Assembly: GCA_963676795.2 (NCBI GenBank)
Contig: CAXXTB010000001.1
Location: 608,001 to 672,000 of the forward strand
Reading direction: 5' to 3'
DNA length: 64,000 nucleotides
DNA from: Geopsychrobacteraceae bacterium
GTDB lineage: Bacteria; Desulfobacterota; Desulfuromonadia; Desulfuromonadales; Geopsychrobacteraceae
This document shows, in pieces, positions 10,306 to 19,812 of this stretch (positions are counted from its first letter, which is position 1; every line of letters starts with the position of its first letter). The position numbers and the translations under genes were made by a program. The notes below the pieces were generated by a model. That model worked only from the letters and a program-made list of their open reading frames with translations. It was not told where the DNA came from and did no database searches.

Positions 10306-10356
10306 CGTGTCTGGCGTAAAATAATTTAAATTTTTTTGAGAAAAGGATATCTGGTC

Positions 10357-10731
10357 ATGAAACGAATTCTTATTGTTGACGATTCAACTACAGCACGAAT
10401 GATCATCAGGAAATGTCTGCAGATTGTCGGCTTTGAAGAGTGGGAGGTTGTCGAAGCGAGCAACGGCCGTGAAGCTCTCAACGCGGCAAAGCAGGATCAT
10501 GTCAACCTGGTGCTCACAGACCTGAATATGCCGGTGATGGACGGTGTAACCCTGATTAAATGGCTGAAGAGCAACCCTAAGCTGAACGAACTTCCGGTCG
10601 TGGTTATTTCAAGTGCGGGGAACCCGGAGAAGCAGCGGGAGCTCAATTCCCTGGGAGTCAGCAATGTGATCGGCAAGCCGCTGTCACCAAACCATCTGCA
10701 TCAGGCGTTGGCGCCGTACTGGGCTATTTAG
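10357..10731 (+). CDS. Single-domain CheY-like response regulator
   Basis: ILIVDDS, LTDLNMPVMDG, VISS and GKP. Confidence 0.9.
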   Translation: MKRILIVDDSTTARMIIRKCLQIVGFEEWEVVEASNGREALNAAKQDHVNLVLTDLNMPVMDGVTLIKWLKSNPKLNELPVVVISSAGNPEKQRELNSLGVSNVIGKPLSPNHLHQALAPYWAI

Positions 10732-10864
10732 CTGGTTGACAGATTTGTCTTGCCGGAAATGCTGAAGGATTGAAAATCAAAGGAGAACCTGCCCTTGGTG
10801 ATTGATATTTATAAGTTTGTGGATTAGAGTTAGTTGTGTCTAATTCATGGGGGCTTGTCAGACT

Positions 10865-12052
10865 ATGCAGAAACGACTCAAGGCGTTGTTTGTCGATGAC
10901 AATCTGGAGTTTCTCAAAGGGCTGCAGAGAAATCTCAGGTCATTTACGGACTGGGAGATCTATTATCTGACGAATGCCGAGGATACTGCACTCCTGCTCG
11001 AGCAGGAGAAGATTGATGTCCTTTTCAGCGACTTCCAGATGCCCGGACAGAACGGTCTTGAGTTGCTCGCTGGCGCGGAAATCCACAGCCCGCATGCCAT
11101 CCGGGTACTGTTTTCCGGACAACAGCAGCGCCTGACTTACCTGCATAACGTCAACGTCTTTCACTATTTTTTCTGGAAGCCGCTGAAAATCGAAGGATTG
11201 AAGCGGTTCTTCAGAATGATGACCCACCTCTATCATCTGATCGAAGATGAAACCCTGGCATCGGAGCTGAATTCGGTCTCCTCCTTTCCAATTTACCCGG
11301 AAAACTACGAACTCCTGACCCGGGCCCTTGACAAACCCGACTGTCAGATCTCTCAGATCGCCTATATTGTCAGAAAAGACATGGCACTGACCCTGCAGAT
11401 CTTCAAGCTGGCCAGCTCGGCCGGCTATGCCCTGGATGAGGGGCTGTCACGGATTGAGGATGCCATCGCTTATCTCGATATCAATTCCCTGCGTTCGATC
11501 GTCAGCGCCCGGAATGTTATCACGACCTTCGACCTGAACGATTGCCCTGAGTTCAAATTCGATCTGCTTCAGCAGCACGTTTTTACCGTGGTCAAGGTGG
11601 CGGAGGCCTATCTGAGAGATTGCGAGGACAAGACCCTGGTGTCGAACGCACTGCTCTGTTGCCTGGTCCATGATGTCGGGCGTCTGATCCTGGCGACTCA
11701 TTTTGCTGCGAAGTACCGGCATGTGATCACGAAGAGTAAAGCCGGAGGGCTGCGCTTTGCCACAGTTGAGAAAGAACTGTTCGGTGCTGATCACACGACG
11801 ATCGGGGCTTACCTCTGCGCCCTGTGGGGGCTGCCGATCGCCATCGCCGATGCCATCATGGAACACTCTGCCCCTGCGCCGCCGGTCAAAAGTGATGAGT
11901 CGATGATTTCCTGGATACTCTGGCATGCCAACCAGATTGCCCTGGGCAAAACGGAACAGTCCGGCGAGTTTCTCGCCGTTATTGAAGAGGACGCCGTGCT
12001 GAAAGATTTCCTTGCCAAGATCTGCTCTGCGCATCGGAACGGGGGAGGGTAA
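10865..12052 (+). CDS. REC-HDOD domain protein (paralog 1)
   Basis: REC (VDDN, SDFQMP, WKP) plus HDOD (DMALTLQIFKLAS, VHDVGRL, H..IGAYLCALWGLP). Confidence 0.88.
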   Translation: MQKRLKALFVDDNLEFLKGLQRNLRSFTDWEIYYLTNAEDTALLLEQEKIDVLFSDFQMPGQNGLELLAGAEIHSPHAIRVLFSGQQQRLTYLHNVNVFHYFFWKPLKIEGLKRFFRMMTHLYHLIEDETLASELNSVSSFPIYPENYELLTRALDKPDCQISQIAYIVRKDMALTLQIFKLASSAGYALDEGLSRIEDAIAYLDINSLRSIVSARNVITTFDLNDCPEFKFDLLQQHVFTVVKVAEAYLRDCEDKTLVSNALLCCLVHDVGRLILATHFAAKYRHVITKSKAGGLRFATVEKELFGADHTTIGAYLCALWGLPIAIADAIMEHSAPAPPVKSDESMISWILWHANQIALGKTEQSGEFLAVIEEDAVLKDFLAKICSAHRNGGG

Positions 12053-12058
12053 CGAGCT

Positions 12059-13675
12059 TTGCAAGCCGATGACGTAAGAGGCTATCGGGAGGGTGCGACG
12101 GTTCTTTTCAGCGAGGAGAATCCGCGCTTCAACCTGACCCTGGAACTGTCTGCTGATCAGATGGCTTGCATTGCTGTGCTCTCTTTGTATGACCATACCT
12201 CCCACTTGACTGCAGCACTTGATGAAGGGAACTCACAGGAAGAGGCAGTTCCTCAAGAGGTCGCTGCGCATCAGCCTGCTCCACAGGATCTCAGTGCCGC
12301 CCTGACCCCGCCGGAGATGTTCTGGTTCCTGATCCAGAACGGGATCGTCCAGACGATCGATTATCCGGCGGTCTACGAGTTCTGCGCCGAGGTCGATCTG
12401 GGCCATTGCCCAGAGCCGACAATCGTCGCCCGGGGCGTCCCGGCGCAGAAAGGGCCGGACGGCTGGTTTGAGCTCTATGTCAAAACATCCGGTCGGGAGA
12501 TCGACCTGAATGAGGATGATGAAGGGAAGATCGATTTCAAGAATCTCAACGCCTACAGTGAAATTCTTGCCGGCCAGAAGCTCGGTGTTGTTCATCTGCC
12601 CAAACCCGGGCAAACCGGAATGTCCGTTCAGGGCGTGCCCTTGCCGGCTGATCCCGGCGAGCCCTGCCAGCTGACAGCCGGGGAGGGGGTCGAACTGAAA
12701 TTCAATGATCGCGCCGCCTTTGCGACAAAGGCGGGGCGGGCCGTCTACGACAGGAACAGGCTGTCTGTTGTCGATTCGATCCTGGTCCGTGGCAATGTCG
12801 ATCTGACCATCGGCAATATCAACTTCAACGGCTCGGTTGAAATCAAGGGGGATGTGCCTGACGATTTCGACGTCAAATCCAGTCAGGACCTGGTTGTCAG
12901 GGGGACGGCCGGAGCCTGCCACATCGAGAGCGGCGGATCGATGACCCTGGGGAGTATGGCGGGGAAGGAGATCGGGGAGATTGTCTGCAAAGGGGATCTC
13001 CATGTCGGCTATCTGAATCAGGTGACGGTTCACTGCTTTGGGGACGTGATCGTCAAGAACGAGATCCGCAATTCCCTGGTCAAAGCAACCGGGCGAGTCG
13101 TTGTTGAGCGTGGGGCGATCATCGGTGGTGAAACGATCGCGTATTGCGGTATCGAAGCCAGTATCCTGGGGGCGGTATCGGGGCTGCGCACAGTCCTGGC
13201 GGCCGGGCGCTATTTCCCCGATGCCGATCGTTTCAGCTACCTCTATGAGCGCAGAAATTATCTGGAGAAACACCTGGTTTCGATAAGCGATGCGATCGTA
13301 CCGCTCAGAGCCATGGGGGTTAAGAAAAAACAGTTTCTCGCCGGTGTTCAGAAGCGGCTCGAGGTGTTGACCGATCAGGCCGCAAAAATTGAAGAACAGC
13401 TGCGTCTGATCAATGCAGAGATAGCTGCGTCTGTTCCTCAGCATCCTCCCGGAAAGAGAGCCAAGGTCAACGCGCTGTCAAAGGTTATGGAAGGGGTGGA
13501 GCTGCATCTCGACCAGGTCATTTATCATGTCACTGAGGAAAGGCGTGGGAGCTGCAGCATGCAGGTCAGCCGAAAAACAGGAGAGCTGTGCTTTCTTAAG
13601 CTTGGCTCCCTGGATCTGGATCAGCAGGCTGAAGATGATGATTCGCCTGGCAAAAAAGATGGGGGTGAGGGGTGA
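12059..13675 (+). CDS. FapA / DUF342 family protein
   Basis: VARGVPAQKGPDG, IDFKNL, GNVDLTIGNINFNGSVEIKGDV, beta-helix repeats and a coiled-coil insert; TTG start with GGAGG RBS. Confidence 0.85.
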   Translation: MQADDVRGYREGATVLFSEENPRFNLTLELSADQMACIAVLSLYDHTSHLTAALDEGNSQEEAVPQEVAAHQPAPQDLSAALTPPEMFWFLIQNGIVQTIDYPAVYEFCAEVDLGHCPEPTIVARGVPAQKGPDGWFELYVKTSGREIDLNEDDEGKIDFKNLNAYSEILAGQKLGVVHLPKPGQTGMSVQGVPLPADPGEPCQLTAGEGVELKFNDRAAFATKAGRAVYDRNRLSVVDSILVRGNVDLTIGNINFNGSVEIKGDVPDDFDVKSSQDLVVRGTAGACHIESGGSMTLGSMAGKEIGEIVCKGDLHVGYLNQVTVHCFGDVIVKNEIRNSLVKATGRVVVERGAIIGGETIAYCGIEASILGAVSGLRTVLAAGRYFPDADRFSYLYERRNYLEKHLVSISDAIVPLRAMGVKKKQFLAGVQKRLEVLTDQAAKIEEQLRLINAEIAASVPQHPPGKRAKVNALSKVMEGVELHLDQVIYHVTEERRGSCSMQVSRKTGELCFLKLGSLDLDQQAEDDDSPGKKDGGEG

Positions 13676-13712
13676 GACTGTTGTCGCAGCCTGAGAGGAT
13701 GGAATAAAGCCG

Positions 13713-14864
13713 ATGGAAAAGATCCTGTTTGTCGATGATGACCCGGCCCTGCTCAAGGGGCTCAAGCGCGGTCTTTACGCTGAGCGCAAAGACTGGCAGA
13801 TGACCTTTGTTGAAAATGCCCGGCAGGCCCTGGAGTTACTGGCGACGGAGCCCTACGATATCATCGTCACTGATTTTAGGATGCCGGGGATGTCGGGTTA
13901 TGAATTGCTGACGGAGATCAGTCAGCGTTATCCGAAAATGATCCGGATCATTCTCACCGGTCAGCCGGATATGCAGTCCTACGCCGATTCGATCAACGTC
14001 TGTCACTATTTTCTCTGGAAACCTCTCGACATCAACATGATGAGCACGCTGCTGCGGCGGCTCCGAACTTTGCACGATATTCTTGCAGATGACCGCCTTG
14101 AAGAGCTAATCAACGGGCTCTCTGCGTTACCGACTCTGCCCGATGTCTATGTCAGGCTGACTGCTCTGCTGAATGATCCCGAAGGGGCCGTGGGCGAGAT
14201 TGCCGGTCTGGTCAAGGATGATGCCAGCCTGACTATACAGGTCCTGAAGATGGTCAACTCGTCGTTTTTCGGCCTGGTCAGAACCATATCGACACTTGAT
14301 GAGGCCTTGAAATTCATCGGCCTGAATACCCTGCGCAGCCTGATTCTTGCTCACAAGATTTACGCTTTGGATGATGTCCGGTACCTGGCCCTGACCGGGC
14401 CGCTGCAACGCCTCTGGCGGCATAGTATTCAGACTGCTCAGCTGAGTGAGGGGTTGGTGCGTGGCAGGGATGACAGGCCTTTCGAGGCCTATGCCTCCAT
14501 TGCCGGTATCCTGCACGATGTCGGCCGCTACCTGATCATGACCCAGATGTATGACAGCTGGAAGGAGATTCTGGCCCGGGGTGGAGACTATCTGAAGGCC
14601 GAATATGAGGTCCTGGGCGTCAGTCACGCTGAAATAGGAGCGTACCTGGCCAGCCTGTGGGGCTTGCCGCTGGCAATCGTCGAGTCGATCTATTTCCATC
14701 ATGGACCCAGGCCGGAGACCTGCAGTGGATTGCAGACCATCGCCTCGGCCGTCTGGCATGCCAACCGCATCAGTCATGGCGAGCGAAGTGAATCGGCCGC
14801 TGAATACAGCAAACTGCTGAGTCAACCCGATCTGAAGAAGTTCCTGCTGGGTATCGAGGGATGA
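13713..14864 (+). CDS. REC-HDOD domain protein (paralog 2)
   Basis: REC (VDDD, TDFRMP, WKP) plus HDOD (LPTLP, DASLTIQVLKMVNSSFFG, LHDVGR, HAEIGAYLASLWGLP). Confidence 0.92.
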   Translation: MEKILFVDDDPALLKGLKRGLYAERKDWQMTFVENARQALELLATEPYDIIVTDFRMPGMSGYELLTEISQRYPKMIRIILTGQPDMQSYADSINVCHYFLWKPLDINMMSTLLRRLRTLHDILADDRLEELINGLSALPTLPDVYVRLTALLNDPEGAVGEIAGLVKDDASLTIQVLKMVNSSFFGLVRTISTLDEALKFIGLNTLRSLILAHKIYALDDVRYLALTGPLQRLWRHSIQTAQLSEGLVRGRDDRPFEAYASIAGILHDVGRYLIMTQMYDSWKEILARGGDYLKAEYEVLGVSHAEIGAYLASLWGLPLAIVESIYFHHGPRPETCSGLQTIASAVWHANRISHGERSESAAEYSKLLSQPDLKKFLLGIEG

Positions 14865-14885
14865 TCAAGTGTTTGTCTCAACCTT

Positions 14886-14936
14886 AATTCGGTTCTGCCC
14901 GTTAGATGGGCGTAGCCCATCGTTGGGCAGAACCGG
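14886..14936. repeat. REP-like nested hairpin repeat, copy 1
   Basis: 43-nt core 14886-14928 matches 30884-30926 at 38/43 positions; outer stem cggttctgccc...gggcagaaccg. Confidence 0.75.
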
Positions 14937-14986
14937 AAAAACTCAGCATTGCTGAGTTTCGGTGAAAACCAGCCTAGCCATTATGG

Positions 14987-16132
14987 CTAGACCAGCGCCT
15001 GCTGCAGATCCTCCCAAAGGTCCTCGACATCTTCAATTCCCGTCGAAATGCGTAACAGTCCTTCAGTGATCCCCAGTTTGAGTTTGAAGTCGGCCGGCAT
15101 CGCCGCGTGCGACATGCTCCAGCAGTGGGTGAGGATGGTTTCGACCCCGCCCAGGCTGGGTGCGATGATCGGCAGTTTGATCTTTTTCAGCAGTGCCGGG
15201 ACCTGGTTTTTGTCCTTCACTTCAAAAGAGAGAACCGCCCCGGCACCGCTGGCCTGGGAAAAATGCAGTTCCTTCTGGGCAAAATCATCGAGTCCGGGGT
15301 AGAGGACCCGCGCTACGCAGGGATGCTGCTGCAGCCGTTCAGCCAGGATTTGTGCCGACTGCTGGGCGGCATCGAGGCGCAGTTTCAAGGTCTTGAGCCC
15401 GCGTGAGAGCAGGAAGCAGTCGAAGGGGGCAAGCACAGCGCCGAAGCCGTTGTGAAAGCGCCTGAGTCTGGCTGCCAGCTCATCATTGTCGGTGACCACA
15501 ACACCGGCGAGCAGATCACTGTGGCCGCCGAGAAACTTGGTGGCGCTGTGGATCACAAGATCGATGCCCAGCTCGATGGGGCGTTGCAGCAGCGGGGTCA
15601 TGAAGGTGTTATCAAGCAGGGTCAGTAGTCCGTGCTGTTTGGCCAGGGTGACGATGCCGCGCAGATCGGAGATCAGAAACGACGGGTTGGACGGCGTCTC
15701 GATGAAGATTCCGCGTGTTTTTTCTGTCACTGCCGCCTCAATAAGGGCCAGATCGGTCATATCGACATAGCTGACCTCGATCCCCTGCTCGGGGAGAATC
15801 TGACGCAGATAGCGGTAGCTGCCGCCGTAAAGGTCGAGCGGGGCAATCAGGTGATCGCCACTGCGCAGCAGCGACAGAGCGGTGCCGGTTGCGGCCATGC
15901 CGGAGGAACAGGCAAAACCGAAGCGCGCTCCTTCGAGCAGGGCCACGGCCTCTTCCACCTGCCGGCGGCTCGGATTGCCACTGCGCGCATAGTCGAACTC
16001 TCCGGCCTCGCCCTGTGGATGGTGGTAGGTCGAGGCCTGATAGATCGGCACCGTTGAGGCTCCGGTATGAGGGTCGCGGTCCTGCTTTTGATGAACCAGT
16101 CGGGTGGCGATGCGGTAGTTGTGTTCTGCCAT
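14987..16132 (-). CDS. metC: Cystathionine beta-lyase, Bacillus MetC-like (Cys/Met PLP family)
   Basis: DYARSGNP, ETPSNP, DNTF, HSATKFLGGHSD, SLGGVE and MSHAAMP. Confidence 0.75.
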   Translation of the reverse strand: MAEHNYRIATRLVHQKQDRDPHTGASTVPIYQASTYHHPQGEAGEFDYARSGNPSRRQVEEAVALLEGARFGFACSSGMAATGTALSLLRSGDHLIAPLDLYGGSYRYLRQILPEQGIEVSYVDMTDLALIEAAVTEKTRGIFIETPSNPSFLISDLRGIVTLAKQHGLLTLLDNTFMTPLLQRPIELGIDLVIHSATKFLGGHSDLLAGVVVTDNDELAARLRRFHNGFGAVLAPFDCFLLSRGLKTLKLRLDAAQQSAQILAERLQQHPCVARVLYPGLDDFAQKELHFSQASGAGAVLSFEVKDKNQVPALLKKIKLPIIAPSLGGVETILTHCWSMSHAAMPADFKLKLGITEGLLRISTGIEDVEDLWEDLQQALV

Positions 16133-16146
16133 GTTCAATTGTCCTT

Positions 16147-17301
16147 TCAATGGCCTGTCAGCGCCTGTTCCAGATCGGCGATCAGATCTTCAGGGTCTTC
16201 GAGGCCGACCGACAGCCGCAACAGGGTTTCATCGATACCGAGTCGGGCACGTTCTGCGGCCGGGATGTCGGCATGGGTCTGGACCGCCGGCAGGGTCATC
16301 AGGGTTTCGACGCCACCCAGGCTCTCAGCAAAACTGATCAGCTCGATCCGGCCCAGGGCTCGGTGGGCCAGTTCCGGGCTGTTGACCCGGAACGAGAGCA
16401 TGCCGCCGAAGTTGTCGCTCTGCTCTTTGGCCAGCGCATGCCCCGGGTGATCTTTCAGTCCCGGATAATAGACCGACGTCACCCGCGGGTGACTGACCAG
16501 CCAGCGGGCAAGGGTTGCCGCACTCTGACAGTGACGCTGCACTCTCAGGCTCAGGGTCTTCAGAGAGCGGATCAGCAGCCAGCAGTCCTGAGGCGGGAGG
16601 ATCCCACCGGTTGAATTCTGCAGGAAATAGAGCTGCTCACCAAGCGCTTTATCGCGGGTGATCAGTGCTCCGGCGCAGAGGTCGCTGTGGCCGCCGAGAT
16701 ACTTGGTCGCCGAGTGAACGACCACGTCGGCACCAAACTCAAGAGGGCGCTGCAGGATCGGGGTCGAGAAGGTATTATCGACGATGAACAGCAGCTTGTG
16801 CCGTCTGCAGAGATCTCCCAGCGCCTTGAGATCGGAGATCCCCAGCAGCGGATTCCCCGGGGTCTCGATCAGCAGGGCTTTGGTTTCCGGCCTGATCGCT
16901 TCAGCAACCTGCGATAGCGAAGTGCTATCGACATAGCTGACGCTGATGGCGAACTTGCTGAAAACCTGGTCGAGGATACGATAGGTCCCGCCATAGAGAT
17001 CCTGGGAAACGACCAGATGATTACCGCTGGAAAAATGGAGCAGCAGAGTGGTCAGGGCGGCCATCCCCGAAGCGAAGGCCAGTCCCCGTGCCCCGCCTTC
17101 CAACTCTGCAAGGGCTTCTTCAAGCACCTGGCGGGTCGGATTGCCACTGCGGGTATAATCGTAACCGGTGCTCTGTCCCGGCGCCGGGTGCGCGTAGGTC
17201 GCGCTCGGGTAGATCGGAAAGCTGATCGCCCCGCTTCTGTCACGGCCGGTGCCGATCTGAACGGCCTTGCTGGTTCGGCTCCAGGTCTGTGTGTCCGACA
17301 T
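16147..17301 (-). CDS. metI: Cystathionine gamma-synthase, Bacillus MetI-like
   Basis: QIG, GQSTGYDYTRSGNPTR, HSATKYLGGHSD, FAESLGGVE and QTHADIP. Confidence 0.75.
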   Translation of the reverse strand: MSDTQTWSRTSKAVQIGTGRDRSGAISFPIYPSATYAHPAPGQSTGYDYTRSGNPTRQVLEEALAELEGGARGLAFASGMAALTTLLLHFSSGNHLVVSQDLYGGTYRILDQVFSKFAISVSYVDSTSLSQVAEAIRPETKALLIETPGNPLLGISDLKALGDLCRRHKLLFIVDNTFSTPILQRPLEFGADVVVHSATKYLGGHSDLCAGALITRDKALGEQLYFLQNSTGGILPPQDCWLLIRSLKTLSLRVQRHCQSAATLARWLVSHPRVTSVYYPGLKDHPGHALAKEQSDNFGGMLSFRVNSPELAHRALGRIELISFAESLGGVETLMTLPAVQTHADIPAAERARLGIDETLLRLSVGLEDPEDLIADLEQALTGH

Positions 17302-17342
17302 GCCTGACTCCCTTGTCACAACGGCCTGTCCTGCTACAGGCA

Positions 17343-18296
17343 TCAAACGATGCCTTCAAACAGGACGCTGGTCAGATAACGTTCGCCGGAATCGGGCAGG
17401 ATGACAACGATATTCTTGCCGGCATATTCAGGTTTTGCCGCCAGGCGTGCTGCTACTGCTGCGGCCGCTCCGCAAGAGATCCCCGCGAGAATCCCTTCTT
17501 CTCTGGCCAGACGCCGGGCAAAGTCGATCGCCTCATCATTGCCGACCTGTTCAACCTGATCGACGACGGACAGATCAAGGGTTTCCGGGATGAAGCCTGC
17601 GCCGATCCCCTGGATCTTGTGTGGCCCGGGTTGCAGGTTCTGCCCGTCCAGATGCTGGCTGATGACCGGCGAATCGGTTGGTTCGACGGCTACGGAGTGT
17701 AGAGATTTGCCTTTATCAAGCTCGAAAAACTGGGAAATGCCGCTGATTGTTCCACCGGTACCGACGCCGGAGACCAGGATATCGACGTCTCCGCCGGTTG
17801 CCTCCCAGATCTCAGGTCCGGTTGTGCTGCGATGGATCGCCGGATTGGCCGGGTTCTTGAACTGGTGAAGCAGGATGTAACGCTCCGGATCGCTGGCAGC
17901 CAGTTCTTCCGCGGCGGCGATGGCGCCGCCCATCCCCTTGGCTCCCGGCGTCAGGATCAGGTTGGCGCCGAAGGCCTTGAGCACCTTGCGCCGTTCAATG
18001 CTCATGGTTTCCGGCATGGTCAGGGTGACCGGAATACCGCGAGCGGCTGCAACGAAGGCCAGGGCGATCCCGGTGTTGCCGCTGGTCGGTTCAACGATTT
18101 CGCTTCCCTCTTTGAGTAGCCCTTTTTTTTCGGCATCCCAGATCAGCGCGGCACCAAGGCGGCACTTGACGCTGTAGGCCGGGTTGCGCCCTTCGATTTT
18201 GGCATAGACGTTGGCCCCTTGCGGAACGATCCGGTTCAGTTTGATCAGAGGGGTGTTGCCGATGCTCAGGGAATTGTCTGTATAGATCTGGCTCAT
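17343..18296 (-). CDS. cysK: Cysteine synthase A
   Basis: [43 protein letters not shown] and PDSGERY. Confidence 0.95.
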   Translation of the reverse strand: MSQIYTDNSLSIGNTPLIKLNRIVPQGANVYAKIEGRNPAYSVKCRLGAALIWDAEKKGLLKEGSEIVEPTSGNTGIALAFVAAARGIPVTLTMPETMSIERRKVLKAFGANLILTPGAKGMGGAIAAAEELAASDPERYILLHQFKNPANPAIHRSTTGPEIWEATGGDVDILVSGVGTGGTISGISQFFELDKGKSLHSVAVEPTDSPVISQHLDGQNLQPGPHKIQGIGAGFIPETLDLSVVDQVEQVGNDEAIDFARRLAREEGILAGISCGAAAAVAARLAAKPEYAGKNIVVILPDSGERYLTSVLFEGIV

Positions 18297-18370
18297 TTTG
18301 AAATGCTCCTTTTTCACAGCTTTGCTATGGAGTCTGTTGCTAAATTTACTGACGTTTTTAGTTTTCGTAA

Positions 18371-18415
18371 ACCCTATTGATTTAGTAGGGTAATATTTAC
18401 TACAAAAACAGTCAA
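18371..18415 (-). promoter_or_regulatory. Sigma70 promoter of cysK-metI-metC with an overlapping palindromic operator
   Basis: Minus strand TTGACT-N17-TACCCT (18415-18387); palindrome accctattgatttagtagggt (18371-18391) overlaps the -10. Confidence 0.6.
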
Positions 18416-18551
18416 CAAGAAAAATAATAAAAAATTAAATCTACATTTAAATGCAGTGAAAACGAGGGGCGTATTGTTGTGATTATGGTTCGGGGGAACA
18501 GGACAACCAAAAGGGATGAGGGGGGGGAAAGGTGGAGTTCTGGGTTGCTGT

Positions 18552-18770
18552 TCAGGAGCTAATGTGAAGTTCTATGGCGTTGAAGCGACAAGTGTGCAGG
18601 CAGCCACCGCAGCCGGTGCAGAGGTTCTGTTCAACAACGGCAATCTTCCTGCCCCAGCCGGATGGTTGTTCCGTTTCCAGGCTCAGGGCAGCGTTGGAAC
18701 AGGCGGGCAGACAGGCTCCGCAGCCACTGCATCTGTCGCCAATTGTTATGCGTTTTTTGCCTTGATCCAT
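18552..18770 (-). CDS. 2[4Fe-4S] ferredoxin-like protein
   Basis: CSGCGACLPAC and CTGCGGCLHTC; GGAG RBS. Confidence 0.85.
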   Translation of the reverse strand: MDQGKKRITIGDRCSGCGACLPACSNAALSLETEQPSGWGRKIAVVEQNLCTGCGGCLHTCRFNAIELHISS

Positions 18771-18788
18771 ATCTCTCCCTGCTGCTTG

Positions 18789-19736
18789 TCAGGCGGCGAC
18801 GGCCAGATCGAACTTACCGGCGATTGCCGGGAAGAGGCCGATTGTAGTTGTCGCTTCATAGAGCCGGTCCGGATCGTCCAGGAAGTCGCGCAGGAAGATG
18901 ATTTCCGAAGCTTTGGAGTAGCTGGCAAACGGGTAATCCTGATTGATTCCGAACATCCGGCTGACAATGCTGCAGGGGCTGGCGTTTTTGGGAAACTCTT
19001 TGAGGCGCATGGCCCGGTCAAGCATTTTGCTCAGGTAGAAGAGCAGGCTGTCATCGACGCTGTCAATCGATTCCCGGTGGCCGGGGAGGATGGTCTTGTC
19101 GCGCAACTTGGCCAGGTTGGCCAGGCTCGCACAATAGGCATGATAATTGTTGAAGCGTCTGTTGTTCTGCAGGTCGATATCGAGCAGCGGGGACTGAAAG
19201 ATCTGGCGCAGCATCACGTCGCCGGTGACCGCCCAGCTCTCGCCGCAGATCGCCAGGTCCCCTTGTGAATGACCGGGGCAGGGGAGAATCTTGATGCCGA
19301 GATGGGCCGGGAGCTCCGTTTCAATGATTTTGTAATGTTCGGGAAAGTCCGGATAGACGTTGCCCGGTGTCGTGAGGCAATCCATAAAGATTTTTACGAA
19401 ATTGACATCAAAACCGGCTGCGAGCATCAGTTCGTAAACGCCCTCCAGATGCTCCTTGTGATGGCGCATGCGGATGTGGTCATGCGCCGGCACGTAGATC
19501 GTCGCGTCGCTATGCTGTTCCAGCCAGCGGGCCTGGCCATAATGATCAACGTGGCAATGGGTGATCAGGACATGTTTGAGTCTGCCAAGGTCGAGGTTGT
19601 CATGCAGGTAGTTCCTGGCTTCATCGGTCGGCGGGCCGGTGTCGAACAAAACGAGTTCACCGTCGATCTCAAGGCTGTAGCAGTGAACCGGGCCAACCAG
19701 GTAGGGTGTGTTTATCGTATGCTGTTTTGGGATCAT
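18789..19736 (-). CDS. Metallo-beta-lactamase-fold hydrolase
   Basis: LFDTG, THCHVDHYG, PGHS, TGD and PGH. Confidence 0.88.
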   Translation of the reverse strand: MIPKQHTINTPYLVGPVHCYSLEIDGELVLFDTGPPTDEARNYLHDNLDLGRLKHVLITHCHVDHYGQARWLEQHSDATIYVPAHDHIRMRHHKEHLEGVYELMLAAGFDVNFVKIFMDCLTTPGNVYPDFPEHYKIIETELPAHLGIKILPCPGHSQGDLAICGESWAVTGDVMLRQIFQSPLLDIDLQNNRRFNNYHAYCASLANLAKLRDKTILPGHRESIDSVDDSLLFYLSKMLDRAMRLKEFPKNASPCSIVSRMFGINQDYPFASYSKASEIIFLRDFLDDPDRLYEATTTIGLFPAIAGKFDLAVAA

Positions 19737-19775
19737 GTGAATCAGTCTAGCTGAGGAGCTGAATTATTGGAAGTG

Positions 19776-19805
19776 GCGCAGCCTGCTCATATGAGAAGGC
19801 TGCGC
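19776..19805 (-). terminator. Hairpin after fadL
   Basis: gcgcagcctgctcat-atgagaaggctgcgc. Confidence 0.55.
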
Positions 19806-19812
19806 TTGAAAA

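Noticed and set aside
11447..13444. 252-aa and 403-aa antisense ORFs over the HDOD and FapA genes
   Set aside because: Shadow ORFs; the plus-strand products carry clear family motifs
18297..18420. S-box or T-box riboswitch before cysK-metI-metC
   Set aside because: The leader is short and AT-rich with no conserved core or terminator
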